Shown in pieces: positions 1 to 13,298 of a DNA stretch of 64,000 nucleotides. The notes under the pieces were generated by a model that worked only from the letters and a program-made list of their open reading frames with translations, ran no database searches and was not told the DNA's origin. The position numbers and the translations under genes are program-made. The stretch spans positions 81,339,430 through 81,403,429 of the forward strand of contig NC_068990.1 of assembly GCF_001194135.2 (NCBI RefSeq), read 5' to 3'. Origin of the DNA: Octopus bimaculoides (Eukaryota). Positions within the stretch are counted from its first letter, which is position 1, and each line of letters opens with the position of its first letter.

Positions 1-43
<43 letters not shown>

Positions 44-96
44 CATACATACGTACATATAAATACACATATATATATATGTGTGTGTCTGTGTAC

Positions 97-147
<51 letters not shown>

Positions 148-253
148 TATATATATGTATGTATGTATTCTACCTGCATATAATTATGCATACATGCATA
201 CATACTAACATATACATTTCTATGCATAAAGATATATGTATATATCTGTGCGT

Positions 254-290
<37 letters not shown>

Positions 291-469
291 TCTGTGTGTC
301 TGTGTATCTGTGTCTGCGTACATTGATTCATTCATTGGGTTATCTTAATCATCTCTGAAGGTTTATGAACAATAAAATGATCCTTTTCCTTTTAATTATG
401 ATAGCCTAAATCAATAATTGCTCCAGTGTGCAGCTTAAATTCTGTTCCTCTCCGGGTGTGGCGAAATAC

Positions 470-720
470 TTTGGCAAACAGCCTATCTTTACATTGAAAT
501 ACATAAATATAGACACTTTGCTTGGATGCTTTCTGTGTATTTCTTTTCATCGTTGGAGGGTCAATATTTAGTCGAAGATTGGTGTAATGTACTGGCATGC
601 CAGGCGTATTAAAGTGACTTGTTACAAGTTCTTGCTTCCATTGTTTAGCCCCAACTTTTATCAAGTAGATTTATTGAGATTGGGTTGTATTTTCTTGAAA
701 GTGGAGCGACTATATTGAAA
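470..720 (-). mobile_element. Heavily decayed non-LTR retrotransposon RT C-terminal fragment (I/Jockey-like)
   Basis: Minus-strand translation across frameshifts gives SWG*TMEARTCNKSL / IRLACQYITPIFD ... ESIQAKCLYLC. This resembles the SWG...YK.LIR..LEY..PIW...L..IQ...L motif order of I/Jockey/CR1-group RT C-termini. Matched by eye only. Confidence 0.35.
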
Positions 721-1101
721 TTCTCTCTATTGCCTGTGTTGCTTCTAGTAATGTTGTTGCCGTTTGCCACCATCTTAACTTTGACCCAGCAAACCAAAGA
801 TAAAGACAGTTCAAATTTGGGATCATCTTATCACATTTTTCTATGCTATATATTCATTAACTCTAAACACAGCTGTTGAATGAACTGAGAGAAATTTGGT
901 TGTTATTTTTCGCGCGTTTTATGACCACGCCGAGCCTCTATTTGATTCGAGTTGCTATAGTTAGGTCATGTGATAAGCGATGCTTCGACGCTGTAACAGT
1001 AAAACAACTTGAATATTCTGTTCAGCAACTGAAGCAGTTAAGAGACGACTTACAAAAGCAAAATGATACTTGGCTAGTCCAACCGATAAGAAACAGGAGC
1101 G

Positions 1102-1165
<64 letters not shown>

Positions 1166-1325
1166 ACACACTAACTTGAAATGTTATTTGTTTTTTATTT
1201 ATTTTATTACCACTTGAAAATGGCTTGAAAGCATTTAACTATACTATTCGTGATGCAGGAGCGTTTTGTTTATATAAAATTTAATACGGAATCACTTTCT
1301 AACTCCACCTTTCTCTTCCTTTCTT

Positions 1326-1367
<42 letters not shown>

Positions 1368-2624
1368 TCCATCTCTATTTCCCTCCTTCTCTCTCTCTCC
1401 TTCTCTCTCTCTCCTTCTTTCTCTCACTCCTCTCGAAATCCTTAGAACGACAAGAGACGTGGAATTTTGTTGCAGCGATCGGATTATCACATGTATTAAT
1501 GAGAAAGAAATACTATCACTTCCTTGGATTTCCTACTTTGTAATGCAAACGAAAGGTGTAGCATAAGTGGGACCAGTCGTGATTATCCTATCGCTCTATG
1601 TGGCTGCCTACCCCATCCAAATTCTGTCAGTAGCTGGCAAGTGGATTCCTAGTCTTGTTTGTGAAGGACCGCAGAAGAGGAGCACTGCATTTTAAGATGA
1701 AGAGTGGCTAGCTTAAAAGGCGGTCATATTCGATGTTCAGCTTCCCATATCCCTAGACAATTGGAATGCTCACAATCAAGATTTTGATCATGGATATTCT
1801 CGATCAGATTTGACCTACGTTAGCCGAAAAACAACAACCACAAACAATTAGAAAATATTTACACGATTTCTTGTGAAATAGCAGTCAAATATCATTGAAA
1901 TAAAACACTAGTTTCTCTAAGAAAGAAAACAACATTGGATACTCTGGTCCAAGAGGCATCGGAAAGGAAAGATGTGATGGCTAAGCATGAACACATTTTA
2001 GCATAAGGCTGATCGTTCTGGACTGCATTGATCAACAACAACTCAAAATAATAATAATATTCGACTGTCCGTTGAAAAACAGTCAATAAATTAAAATTAT
2101 TCGGCGAAAGCTGATTAAAAGAATCTCTTTGAAATGTTTCTAAAAGTTCATCCTGAAAGCAACACATTAAAAATATATATTCAATGTCAATCACTTTCAG
2201 GAATTTTGATTCTAAAATTTTCGAAAGGTTTTCTTTCAGTTTTAAATATTCATATTAGGTGTTCTTTACTACTTCCTCTTCTGCCACACTCTTCACAGAA
2301 GATTCACAAATATTGATTGATTTTTCGGATGTGAAATTGTTGGCATAAGATTTTAAAGAAATCTGAAAGTTAATGTAAGGTACAAAATGAAACGTAAAAA
2401 GAGAATCAAAAAGAAATTTTTCATTCTCATGATTATAATTTATTGCAAATCAAGGACCATTTCTATGATTTTGAATTTTAAATGAAGGAATTCAGGAATT
2501 ACGGTACATTACACATAGATCCCTTAGAATTTTAATGTAGGGATAGCCTCTACATTTTGATACATTCTTACATTTTAGACAGAAGCTTCCATTTCCAGCA
2601 GTAGCATATATTTCTACCTTCCTC

Positions 2625-3306
2625 TATAATATTGATTTCAAATTTTAGCACAAGGTGAACAATTTCTGGGAGGGGAGTAAGCCGATTACATCGAACCCAA
2701 TATTCAATTAATACTTATTTGATTGACCCCGAAAGCATGAGAGGCGAAGTCAACCTCGGCAGAATTTGAGCTCTGAACGCAAAGACGGATGAAATGCCGT
2801 TAAGCATTTTGCCCGGTGCGGTAACGTTTCGGCCACCTCGCTGCTTTACAGACTTCCTCTATACAATTGGTTTCAATTTTTGGCGCAAGGTCAGGAATTT
2901 CGGGTGAGAAGAAATTTGATTATATGGACGCCAGTGTTCTACTGGTACATATTTTATATACCCCAAAAGGATGAAAAACAAAATGGACCTCCGTGTAACT
3001 CGAACTCAGAACATAAAGACAGGCGAAAGGCCGGGAAGAATTTTGTCCGCCGCGTTTACGATTCTGCCAGCTCGCCACCTTACCTTTCTTTATAATATTA
3101 ATTTCAAAGTATAGCGCAAGGCCAGATATTTCGAGGGCGGGGCAAAGTCGATTACATCGACTCCACTGATCAATTGTTACTTAACTTATCAACCCGGAAA
3201 GGAAAATCAATCTCGGTTGAATTTGAACTCAAAATTTAAAGACGGACGAAATGCCGGGAAGCATTTTATTCGGCGTGTTAACGACTCTGCCAGCACGCTG
3301 CTTTAC
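2625..3306 (-). mobile_element. Three head-to-tail copies of tRNA-derived SINE family A
   Basis: Three successive units (about 2625-2848, 2861-3082, 3092-3306). Each has rc of the head ggcggcgagctggcagaa, the B-box-like gagttcaaattc, the core ctttcatcctttcggggtcgataaa and the tail ggccttgtgc. Confidence 0.85.
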
Positions 3307-4016
3307 CTTCCTGTATAATATTAAAGTCTATTCGTGTGAGAGGTGAAATCATCTCAATTGGGACTTGAGTAAAATTGGAGATATCGATTTCAAAGTCTGT
3401 GTACGCCACTTGTGAAAACGTTCTATAACGTTCTAGAATGCAATAACACTGCAAGAAAGCAAAAATATATTTCTAGCTAAAAGATTTTAAAGTTATTAAT
3501 ACATTATTATGCTGATTAAACGTTATCAAGGAAATCCTCAGATGATTCGTTTGCCGATTCTAAAAAAAGAAGAGAAAAAGATTCTTCTTTATACACACTC
3601 TTTTTTCACTAAATCATTCTCGGTGTACATGAAAGACATTCACAGAGAGTAAGTTCAAGAGACTTACATTGCGCTTGGGCATTTGCTTTGTATAACCAGC
3701 TATGTGATAGATAATAATCTGCGATTATGCTTACATAACTAAAATATCTGTACCAATGGCTTTGTTTATATCTAATTTAATTAATATCTGAGGACTTAAA
3801 ACAACTGTATTATGTTAGAATCATGGTAAACATTAAAATATGAATTCTATCACATATAATAGTAGGTACGTGTGTGTGAACACACTCACGCGCATATATA
3901 TATATATATATATATANNNNNNNNNNNNNNNNNNNNNNNNNNNNNNNNNNNNNNNNNNNNNNNNNNNNNNNNNNNNNNNNNNNNNNNNNNNNNNNNNNNN
4001 NNNNNNNNNNNGTGTT

Positions 4017-4028
4017 TAGATAGATAGG

Positions 4029-4091
<63 letters not shown>

Positions 4092-4163
4092 ATAGACAGA
4101 TAGATTGATTGATAGATAGATAGATGGATAGATAAACAGACAGACAGACAGACAGACAGACAT

Positions 4164-4213
<50 letters not shown>

Positions 4214-4305
4214 TAGATTGATTGATAAATACATAGACAGCTAGACAGACAGACAGACAGACAGACAGACTGACAGTCAGACAGACAGATTGATAGTTAG
4301 ATAGA
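4017..4305. repeat. (AGAT)n/(AGAC)n tetranucleotide microsatellite next to an assembly gap
   Basis: Directly visible; representative of dozens of TA, TG, GA, TATG, AGAT and trinucleotide tracts across the window. Confidence 0.95.
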
Positions 4306-4758
4306 TATGAGAAGGTAGATAAGAATGTATGTACATGTATGTATGTATGTATGTTTAATTCTAAATCTTGTTCGTAAGTAAAGAATTTAGAATCTAAGCA
4401 AGAATTCTAGAAGTGTGCATTAAAATACTATTAGTGTGTGCTCTACAAAGAACTCTATAATTGAATTATGTCTCACATCTTATTTCTGCTAAAGGAATAT
4501 ACTGTATTTTATTAACTTTCCAGTTGATCATGATAGATGATGTCTCTTCTTCATATGGTATGTACATAAAATGACAACAACAGAAATGTGTAAACATGTG
4601 TCTTGAATGCGTATATGGAGAATCATTATGGCTACTTACGTTTTTGTTACTCAGAAGTCTCCTATAGAGAAGTGCGTTTTGGATGAGCTACATACATACA
4701 ACCACACGTACCCTCATACACACACATAAATGTACATACACAGATATATAAACACACA

Positions 4759-4895
4759 CATGCTTGCTTCCCAACCACGTGGTTCCGGTTTCAATCCCTC
4801 TGCATGGCACCTTCGGCAAGTATCTTTTGCTAAAGCTTCGGGCTGACTGAAGGCTTGTGAGTGGATTTAGTAGACAGAAACTGAAAGACGTCCAT

Positions 4896-4899
<4 letters not shown>
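4759..4899 (+). mobile_element. SINE family B, 5' half (A-box truncated)
   Basis: gcttgcttcccaaccacgtggttccggtttcaatccc...ggcaagtatctt...gcttgtgagtggatttagtagacagaaactgaaag followed by (TA)n, as in the full copies at 16759 and 35473. Confidence 0.8.
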
Positions 4900-4935
<36 letters not shown>

Positions 4936-5867
4936 AAACATCATTGAGGGGAGGAAATTTTGTTTAAAAACTGTTTGGATATCATAAGATTACATGTGAG
5001 TCTCTACCGAGCATGCATAACTTTATTTCGAGCTATCCTCCCTGAATCATATTGTTGATATACAACTATATATATATATATATATATTTCTTAATGTATT
5101 TCCGAAGGTCTATAAATTCAATAAATGTGTATTATGGACTACTACACTCTGTAAATGATTAAACTACACTAAATAAAATAAAATGGTCTGATAGATCTAA
5201 GAACGGCAAACACTCTGAAATATAGTTTAGTTGAGATTCTCAATGACTTCGATTATAAACAGGATACTAAAAGATGAATGTTTGATTCAGTGCGTGATTA
5301 AAGATCACGAAATATAAGAAACATCTATTGATAGAATATGCAACTTGTACGACATTGTTTCTTTAAAGACTACTTTTCGTTCACTATAACATGTGACAAA
5401 GCAATCGATTGTTTCTCATCAAACAATACTGACATTATGCAGATGAAATTATGTACCAATAGCCAGCTTCTACGAGTGGCATGCTTGTGATATTAGATAT
5501 TTAAAAAATAATTTAATATTCACAACTTGGCTAATTAATCATTTTCATTATTTATATAATAGGAAAGTTAGCACATTTGATCGAGTGAGAAAATGGAGAG
5601 ACAACAAAATTCAGTCGGCTGCATTAGTTCCTAGTGTTCAAATCCTCATGAATAAATTTCAGCTTCTATGTTTCCTGTGTGATCCCTAAAGAGGATCGCT
5701 GAAAAGGAAGTTTTTGCCTCATTAAAAAGAAAAACGCGTATGTTAGAAATATCTCGAATTAATTTTTCATTGATTCATCTTTTTACTTTTGCCTATATTT
5801 TATTGGCGAAAAGGAACCGCGGGAAACTAGCTTGGCCCATGAACTTCTCAGTATCCTATATACTAAT

Positions 5868-6235
5868 ATTCTTTTATACTCTAGACACAAGGCCCGAAAT
5901 TTTTGGGGATGGGACCAGTCGATTAGATCGATCCTCCAGTACGCAACTGGTACTTAATTTATCGACCCCGAAAGGATGAAAGGTAAAGTCGACCTCGGCG
6001 GAATTTGATCACAGAACGTAAAGACAGACGAAATACCGCTAAGCATTTCGACCGGTTTGCTAACGTTTCTTATTTCGTTACTGCCCACAAGAGGCTACGC
6101 ACAGAAGGAACAAACAAGGACAGACAAACGGATTAAGTCGACCTCGGCGGAATTTTATCACAGAACGTAAAGACAGACGAAATACTGCGAAGTATTTCGC
6201 CTGGTGTGTTAACATCTCTGCCAGCTCACCGCCTA
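5868..6235 (-). mobile_element. Dimeric SINE family A with internal linker
   Basis: Two family-A units joined by a linker (about 6065-6140, rc ttaatccgtttgtctgtccttgtttgttcc...gcctcttgtgggcagtaacgaaataag) also seen at about 29416-29485 and 40930-41000. Confidence 0.85.
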
Positions 6236-6400
6236 AAAGAAACTAATATGAAGGGAATGGTGAGATGAGTCAGCAAACTTTTTTGATTCCCAGCTGAAAT
6301 CAATTCCGCCATTGAGATAAGAATGACTATAATGTACTTTCCTTCCAAGCTCTTTAAATTTCAGATCTTATAACGAAAGAAAGCTTAAGATTTCTTAAGT

Positions 6401-6570
6401 CGTGGCTGTGTGGTAAGAAGCTTGTTTTCCAATCACACTGTTCCTGGTTTCAGTCCTACTACGTGGCACTTTGGGAAAATTTCTTCTACTGTAACCTCGG
6501 ACTGACCAAAATCTTGTGAGTGGATTCGGTAAACGGATACTGAAAGGAGCCCGTCGTGTGTGTGTGTGTA

Positions 6571-6602
<32 letters not shown>

Positions 6603-6863
6603 TGTGTGTGTGTCTGTGTGTGTGTGTGCGCGTGTGCCCGTGTGTGTGTTTTTGTATATCCGTGTTTGTCCCCCACCAGTGCTTGATAACCGGTGTTGTT
6701 GCGTTCACGTCTTCGTAACCTACCGGTTAAGCCAAAGAGACCGATAAAATAATCAACAGGCTTAAAAAGAAAATAACTACTGGGGTTGGTTCATTCGACA
6801 AAATATTCTTCAGGGCAGTGCCCCAGCATGGCCACAGTGTTATGGCTGAAAGAGGTAAAAGAT
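6401..6863 (+). mobile_element. SINE family B, full length with internal (TG)n microsatellite
   Basis: Head gtggctgtgtggtaagaagcttg with B-box-like ggtttcagtcc, central (TG)n, and 3' half gtttgtccccc...gtgccccagcatggccacag...gaaagaggtaaaaga. Confidence 0.9.
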
Positions 6864-7094
6864 GAATTTATATTTGCAGGAAGAAAAGGAAGAGAATGAT
6901 TGATATTTTTATAACCTCTAATAAATCTTTGAAGTTAACAGCAAAAATTACGGAATAACATAACGCAGTAATTTGTAGCAAAGCAAGAAATAATCATTTT
7001 AGCTGCTATGGACGTTCCATATTTTATAAATGTTCTTGTTTCCCTTTAGATGCATTAATTTATAAATCTCCTTATCATTATTTCCTTATATTTT

Positions 7095-7500
7095 AAGGCT
7101 GCGAGCCGGCAGAATCGTTAACACGCCGGGCAAAACGCTTCGGGGTATTCTGTCTGTCACTATGTTCTGAGTTCGAATTCCGCTAAGGTCAATTTTTATC
7201 TTTCATCCTTTCGGGCTTCATAGATTAAGTACCAGTTGCGTACTGAGGTTGTTCTAATCGACTGCCCCAAGATTTCAGGCCTTGTGCCTATAGTAGAAAG
7301 AATTATTTCATTATATTAAGGCGACGATCTGGCAGAATCTTTAGCACGAGGACAAAATGCTCAAGGGCATTACGTCCGTTTTCACGTTCTGGGTTCAAAT
7401 TCCGCTGAGGAGGACTTTTTATCCACTCAGGGTCGATGAAATAAGCACCAGTTTCCCACCCTCAAATTTCAGTCCTTCTGTCTTTGGTAGAAAGAATTAT
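7095..7500 (+). mobile_element. Two tandem SINE family A copies; second flanked by a probable target-site duplication
   Basis: Copies start at 7095 and about 7318. The string attatttcattatattaa occurs both immediately before and immediately after the second copy. Confidence 0.85.
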
Positions 7501-7860
7501 TTCATTATATTAAAAATTTCGTTCCATACTCTCTCATGCACCAAATATCAATTCCTGAAAAGCGTTCGTGAAGTAAAATTATGTAGCAACACCAAATGGC
7601 GGTGCCCCAGCATGGCCACAGCTCATGAGCTGAAACTAGATAAAATGAAAACATGAAAAATGACTATCTTTAAATTCGTTCCATATTTAGAACTGTCTAA
7701 AGCGTAACACAGAAACAGACGTCTTAAGATAAAGCAAGAACATATTGGTTTATCAAGGCTGAAATCCTTTTGATCACAGGTTTCTTGGCTAAAAGTTGTC
7801 TCTGACACTTCTAGCTTTCTATCCGAAATAAAGACAATGACAAATAGAAGAAGACATAAA

Positions 7861-8293
7861 GTTGCAGTCAAGACATAAAGTGCCGGACCAGATACTGCAG
7901 GAAATCCTGTCCAAAACTACAACTCCGCCAGCTGGTTATGCTGGATTGGTAATTTATCGAAAGACGAAACTTGATATTGGCGGGATTTGAACTCGGGTGC
8001 AGACAGCCAGAACAAGTACAACAACGCTTTATTTATTTCTTTTTTTCGATGATCTTACCACGCTACAAAATTACTACCTAAGTACGAAACTGGACTTGGG
8101 TAGTAATTTAGTAGCGTGGTTAGATCATCGAAAAAAAATAAAGCATTGTTGTACTTGTCTGCACTCCGAGTTCAAATCTCGCCTGTATCAACTTTCGTCT
8201 TTCGATAAATTACCTAGCCAGCTGGCGGAGTTGTAGTTTTGGACTGGATTCCCAGCAGTAAAAGTACCAGCATTTTCATATCCTGACTGCAAC
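7861..8293. repeat. Long imperfect palindrome (foldback) of two SINE-derived arms
   Basis: 7861-8083 is the reverse complement of 8094-8293 apart from a few indels and scattered substitutions, with a 10-nt spacer acgaaactgg. Ends are gttgcagtca...tgactgcaac. Confidence 0.9.
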
Positions 8294-9177
8294 ATTCATT
8301 TGAAATATTAGCTGTATTTGCATCGGATTTCAGAAAGAAAATGTTATATTCTGCTATTGAGTTACCATTTAGAAATGTGATTTAACCTTGACTTTCACTT
8401 CCATTTTCACACTCTCCCTTCCTTTCTGCCTCTCGCTCAAATACACACACGCACGCACACTCTAACACTTTCTCTTTCCTTTTCCCACTTTTTCTCTGTA
8501 TACATCTCTGATTTTTCTTCCTCTCTCTCTCTCTCTCACGCACTTTCTCTCTTGCCTCTCTAACCATCTATAATTTCATACACTACCTTTTAATTCTTTT
8601 CTGTTTCTGCTAAGAGGTTAAAATCTATCGTTTAGTCTCAGAATATTCTCCTGTGACATCTCATCGATTACATGTTCACGGTCAGTGGGCCGTCTTTTTA
8701 TTCAGCTTTACTCTAAATCAAATCTTTGGTCAAGCATATTTTCCTTTCGGCCAATCTTATGCATAGATGGACAATCAGGTTTTCTCAATCATTTTATTTG
8801 CTTTGATTTTGTCTTGCAATGAAGTAGCCGAACATCAGTGTTTTGTGTGTGTTTTAGTGTATCTGTGTTTGTACATATAAGTGTGTGCGTGAATGAATGT
8901 TTGTGCTTGATGGTTTGCGTGTATGTGTGTTGTTTGCGTGAGTGTGTTTGTGAAGAAATACGTTTGCTTGTTTGCATTTATTTGTGTGCACTTTTGTACA
9001 TGGAGATACGTTTGTATATGTTTCATTATACGTCTGTGAATAGCCACGTGTATATGTGTGCGAATAAGTGTATTGTATGAGTGTGATTATGTGTGTCTTT
9101 GTGTGAATATGTCTGCAAGAGTTACTATACGTTTTTGTTTGTAAATGTGTATTTATTTGCGTGTGTATGCGTGTGTA

Positions 9178-9216
<39 letters not shown>

Positions 9217-9248
9217 GTGCATGTGTGTGTGCATGTGTGTGTGTGTGT

Positions 9249-9284
<36 letters not shown>

Positions 9285-10096
9285 CTTTAATCGCCAGCTG
9301 CAATAGATAACTTTTACATCATCCGTAACGGAACTTTACAAATGTCAGATGTTATGATCTTTCAGAAAGTAAATTCATAATAGTGTCCTTGGATAATAAT
9401 TTGTCCAAGATCTGAGAACAAAGGAAATTGCAATCGACTTTCATCATTATTGCAGGAAAGAACCTTTTCATTTAACTTGAAAAGAATCACACATCGATAA
9501 TTTTTAATTGCTAGCTTCTTTCATTGGGTTTTTTTTTTTTCTTTTATTCAAAACTAACAATTCAGGACAAATACACTTCGTCCAATTTCTAATATTGATT
9601 CCTGACATAGGCATAAGACAAGATTACAGATGTAGGAGGAATGCGTTTATTCGATTAAAACCGGCCTGGTAAAGTGGTTCTTAACATTTTTAGTACCAAG
9701 GATCCATTATATTTGCATGAATTTTCCTACAGACCTCTAGTTTTTTCGAAATTTCTAAGCCGGAACTGGGAAAACAAACTCGTTTTGCCACCTTCATCTC
9801 TCGGGTGAAAGATATATGTAAGTAAATAATGTTGCTGAATAATAATATATTTCAATCTGCAGCGTTCTAAAAATTTTAACACAGCTCACGTAGTCCAGGC
9901 TGGGTTCTAGTTAACAAGCATTTAACTGATGTTTTATTTTATCGATGTCGTGAGAGGATAAAAAATTAAAGCCGGTATTTCAATTCAGAATGTAATGCGA
10001 AATAACCTAAACATCGTAAAACATTTTACCTCTCCGTCGATCTACTGATTCTGCTATCGTAACACCCGCCTCACTCATAAAGTTGAGAAACGGCTA

Positions 10097-10310
10097 ATAT
10101 TACTTTCAAATTTTGACACATGGCCAGCAATTTCGGGGGAGGGATAAGTCCATTACGTCGACCGCAGTACTCAAGTGGTACGTATTTTATCGAATCCGAA
10201 AGGATGAAAGGTAAAGTCGACCTTAACAGAATTTGAACTTAGAACGTAAAGACGGACAAAATAATGCTAAGTATTTTGTCCGACACCCTAACGATTCTGC
10301 CAGCTCGCCG
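10097..10310 (-). mobile_element. SINE family A monomer
   Basis: ccgaaaggatgaaaggtaaagtcgacc...gaatttgaacttagaacgtaaagacgg...aacgattctgccagctcgcc is rc of the family-A consensus. Confidence 0.9.
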
Positions 10311-11159
10311 TCATGGACATTTTTATTATTGATAATATTTTAGAACATTAGCTTGTAGAGCTTTTAATCTTGGCTAATTAGAGAAAGACTTCAGAACAAA
10401 AAAAAACAACAAAAGGTCTGAGCAGAGCTTTATGACTATCAAGCTGTACGCTGCTGTTGTACAAACAGAAGACACTGCTTACAATGTCAATAAATTTTAC
10501 CAACAACACGGATGTATTTGCTAATCACTGCTACATCAGCAGGATAATTATCATAAAACAGTGACTACACATCCGGCGAGACCTCTATTCACAAATTCAT
10601 TTCAAGATGTTTCTAAAAGTAAAATGTACCAGATTTGCTAGTCATCTGATTTCAGACTCTGCATTACTCAGACCAGTCTTTATTCATCCTTCCATTAACC
10701 TCAAACTGTGTGCTCCATATTTACATCCTATTCTCAAATAACTCATCAATCTTTTTCTTCGACATCTGTCTATGAAGAAAAAGAAGGCTTCTCATTCTCA
10801 TGAACAACAAGTTTTCTGATCCGGTCAATTAAAAACAATATATTTTCTATATTACTTTAAGCTACTATCTCTTCTATGTGACCACTGGTACAGTTTCTGC
10901 AAAACCAGAACTAAGAGACAATTTCTCACGTCTTTCAGTCAAATGGTCTCCTTCTTCGAAAACCTTGTTGTTTTTCAATTTAGAGAAGGAAGGACAGTAT
11001 CCATGACATTTTGCATGTAATTGATGGGAAGGAGTGAAGAAGATATTAACCGACCGAAGCCCTGGTCCAATGTTTGCAACAAAGTTGACTACACAAAAGA
11101 ATTCCAGGGTGCCAGATGGTAATGTTTAACAAACAAGAGAATTTGTCCATCTAATAAGC

Positions 11160-11321
11160 TTTCACGTTGTTTCCACCAACCAAATTTCATTGGTAAAGAT
11201 TTGGTCAGTCTGAATCTATGATGGAAAAAAAAACTTGCCTAAGGTACCACTTAGTGGTATCAAACCCGAAACCGTTTAGCTGCAAAGCGAATGTTTGAGT
11301 CGCACAATTATGCTTGCGCCT
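11160..11321 (-). mobile_element. Diverged SINE family B 5' half
   Basis: acttgcctaaggtaccacttagtggtatcaaacccgaaacc...gcttgcgccta is rc of the family-B head. Confidence 0.65.
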
Positions 11322-12924
11322 AATCTTGTCTTCTTTAATATTAAAATCCTTCGAAAATGCCTGACCTGAGAACCCATATCTCTTATGTTAAGTCTCAGAT
11401 CGGATCTATTCTTTTAGACAGTAGCATCTTAAAGTGAATTGATGGAGTTCTCTAACACTTAAGTTCCATCAACTCTGTTTTACTTCAGGATTGAAATATA
11501 TGGCTGACATGTTTATAATATCCGACTTACCATAAAACAATATCAGAGAATAGCTATTTACGTTGAGTGTTATATTTTCTTTAATTGTCCATTAGTATTA
11601 TCTACAACAATCGGTTTGCTGCTTGAGAGGACTTTTATAATTTTTCTAGCAACTATGATCGTATCCAGATCACCAATAGGGAGGTTATAATATGAGAAGG
11701 ATTCGGTTGTTATTTATAACAAGGCGAGTGACTACATGGAAGCTCTGTATCGTTTTAAAAAAAGGATTCCAGATAAGCTAGTCACCGATATGTAACATTA
11801 TAGGATGATCACGCTTATAACGCACTTCGTTATAGGCCTGCTCGATCAGGCCTCGCTGGTAGATAAACAACAAATACAGCAACACTTTGTTAATCAAACC
11901 GTAAAGGATTCTCGTAAGTGGCTGTTTGTTCGACATGCAAGACACAGCAACCAAATCCGCTTCAGATCACAGCGTGTTGTCTTAAAGAAATTGTAGACGA
12001 GGAAAATAGTGTAGCTAAAGAAAAAGTAACGCTACCCAAGTAATGTTTTGTAGATAGCAATCAAACTACATCCTTATCTTAAAATGTATTATTTTTTTGT
12101 CCCTAGTCAAGATAAATCAATGCCCATGGTTCTTAGTCTCCAGTAAAGCACCATAATGTTACATAAATAGTAATGTAATATATTCATATATTGATTGCCA
12201 TCGAAAAGCAAAACCTGTTTTTTCTCTCTTCCAAGCCTTGAGAGATGCTCTAATGGCCAGTGCATACTTCCAATGTCAAGGCGATAAGCAGAGATACAAC
12301 ACACACATACATACGCACACACGCGCACAAGCACACACACGTGCAAGTATATGTATATATGTGTTTGTGCGTGTGTGTGTACCTGTATGTGTATACGTGT
12401 ATGTACGTATGTATGCATACATATATATATATGAATGTGTATGTGTGTACTTGTACGTGTATACGTGTATGTACGTATGTGTGTATACATATATATATGA
12501 ATGTGAGTGTGTGTGCTTGTATGTGTATACGTGTATGTACGTATGTACATACATATGTGTATGTATATGTGTGTGTGTGTGAATGCGCACGCACAGGCAC
12601 ACGTATGTGTATTTGTGCGTATTTGCGCATGTAAGCGCGCGTGTATCTAGTCCCTCACATGTAAAAATAAAACTGAATAATAACGATTAGTCTTTATTTT
12701 TTTTAACCTTGATCATAGAACTGCTTGATCAGGACTCGCCTGGGGTCAAACAATAACATCAACGATAGCCAGTGCTGGGCTTAGAGAATGTGCAATAAAA
12801 TACTCCATGTAGAAACACAACGGAACCTAGCAATGATATACAAATATAAAATATCGTGTTATCGGTGAGCCTTTTGCACAGATATCTTAATTGTTTGTAT
12901 AATTGTTGTTATTGTTGTTACTGT

Positions 12925-13298
12925 GGAGGTGCAATGGCCCAGTGATTAGGGCAGCGGACTCGCGGTCATAGGATCGCGGTTCCCAGACCGGGCGTTGTGA
13001 GTGTTTACTGAGCGAATACACCTAAAGCTCCACGAGGCTACGGCAGGGGATGGTGGCGAACCCTGCTGTACTCTTTCACCACAACTTTCTCTCACTCTTA
13101 CTTCCTGTTTCTGTTGTGCCTGTAATTCAAAGGGTCAGCCTTGTCACACTGTATCACGCTGAATATCCCCGAGAACTACGTTAAGGGTACACGTGTCTAT
13201 GGAGTGCTCAGCCACTTGCACGTTAATTTCACGAGCAGGCTGTTCCGTTGATCGGATCAACTGGAACCCTCGACGTCGTAAGCGACGGAGTGCCAACA
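12925..13298 (+). mobile_element. tRNA-derived SINE of a third family (single full copy in the window)
   Basis: tRNA-like head ggaggtgcaatggcccagtgattagggcagcggact with A-box and a partly deleted B-box (ggttccc), a GC-richer body, and (TTG)n-type tracts on both sides. Confidence 0.8.

Noticed and set aside
2625-3306. CRISPR-like or other regular repeat-spacer array
   Set aside because: Units are about 220-bp diverged SINE copies in a eukaryotic context; no constant short repeat with unique spacers.
6401-6480. tRNA genes suggested by A/B-box heads
   Set aside because: All tRNA-like sequences continue into SINE bodies and cannot fold into complete cloverleaves.
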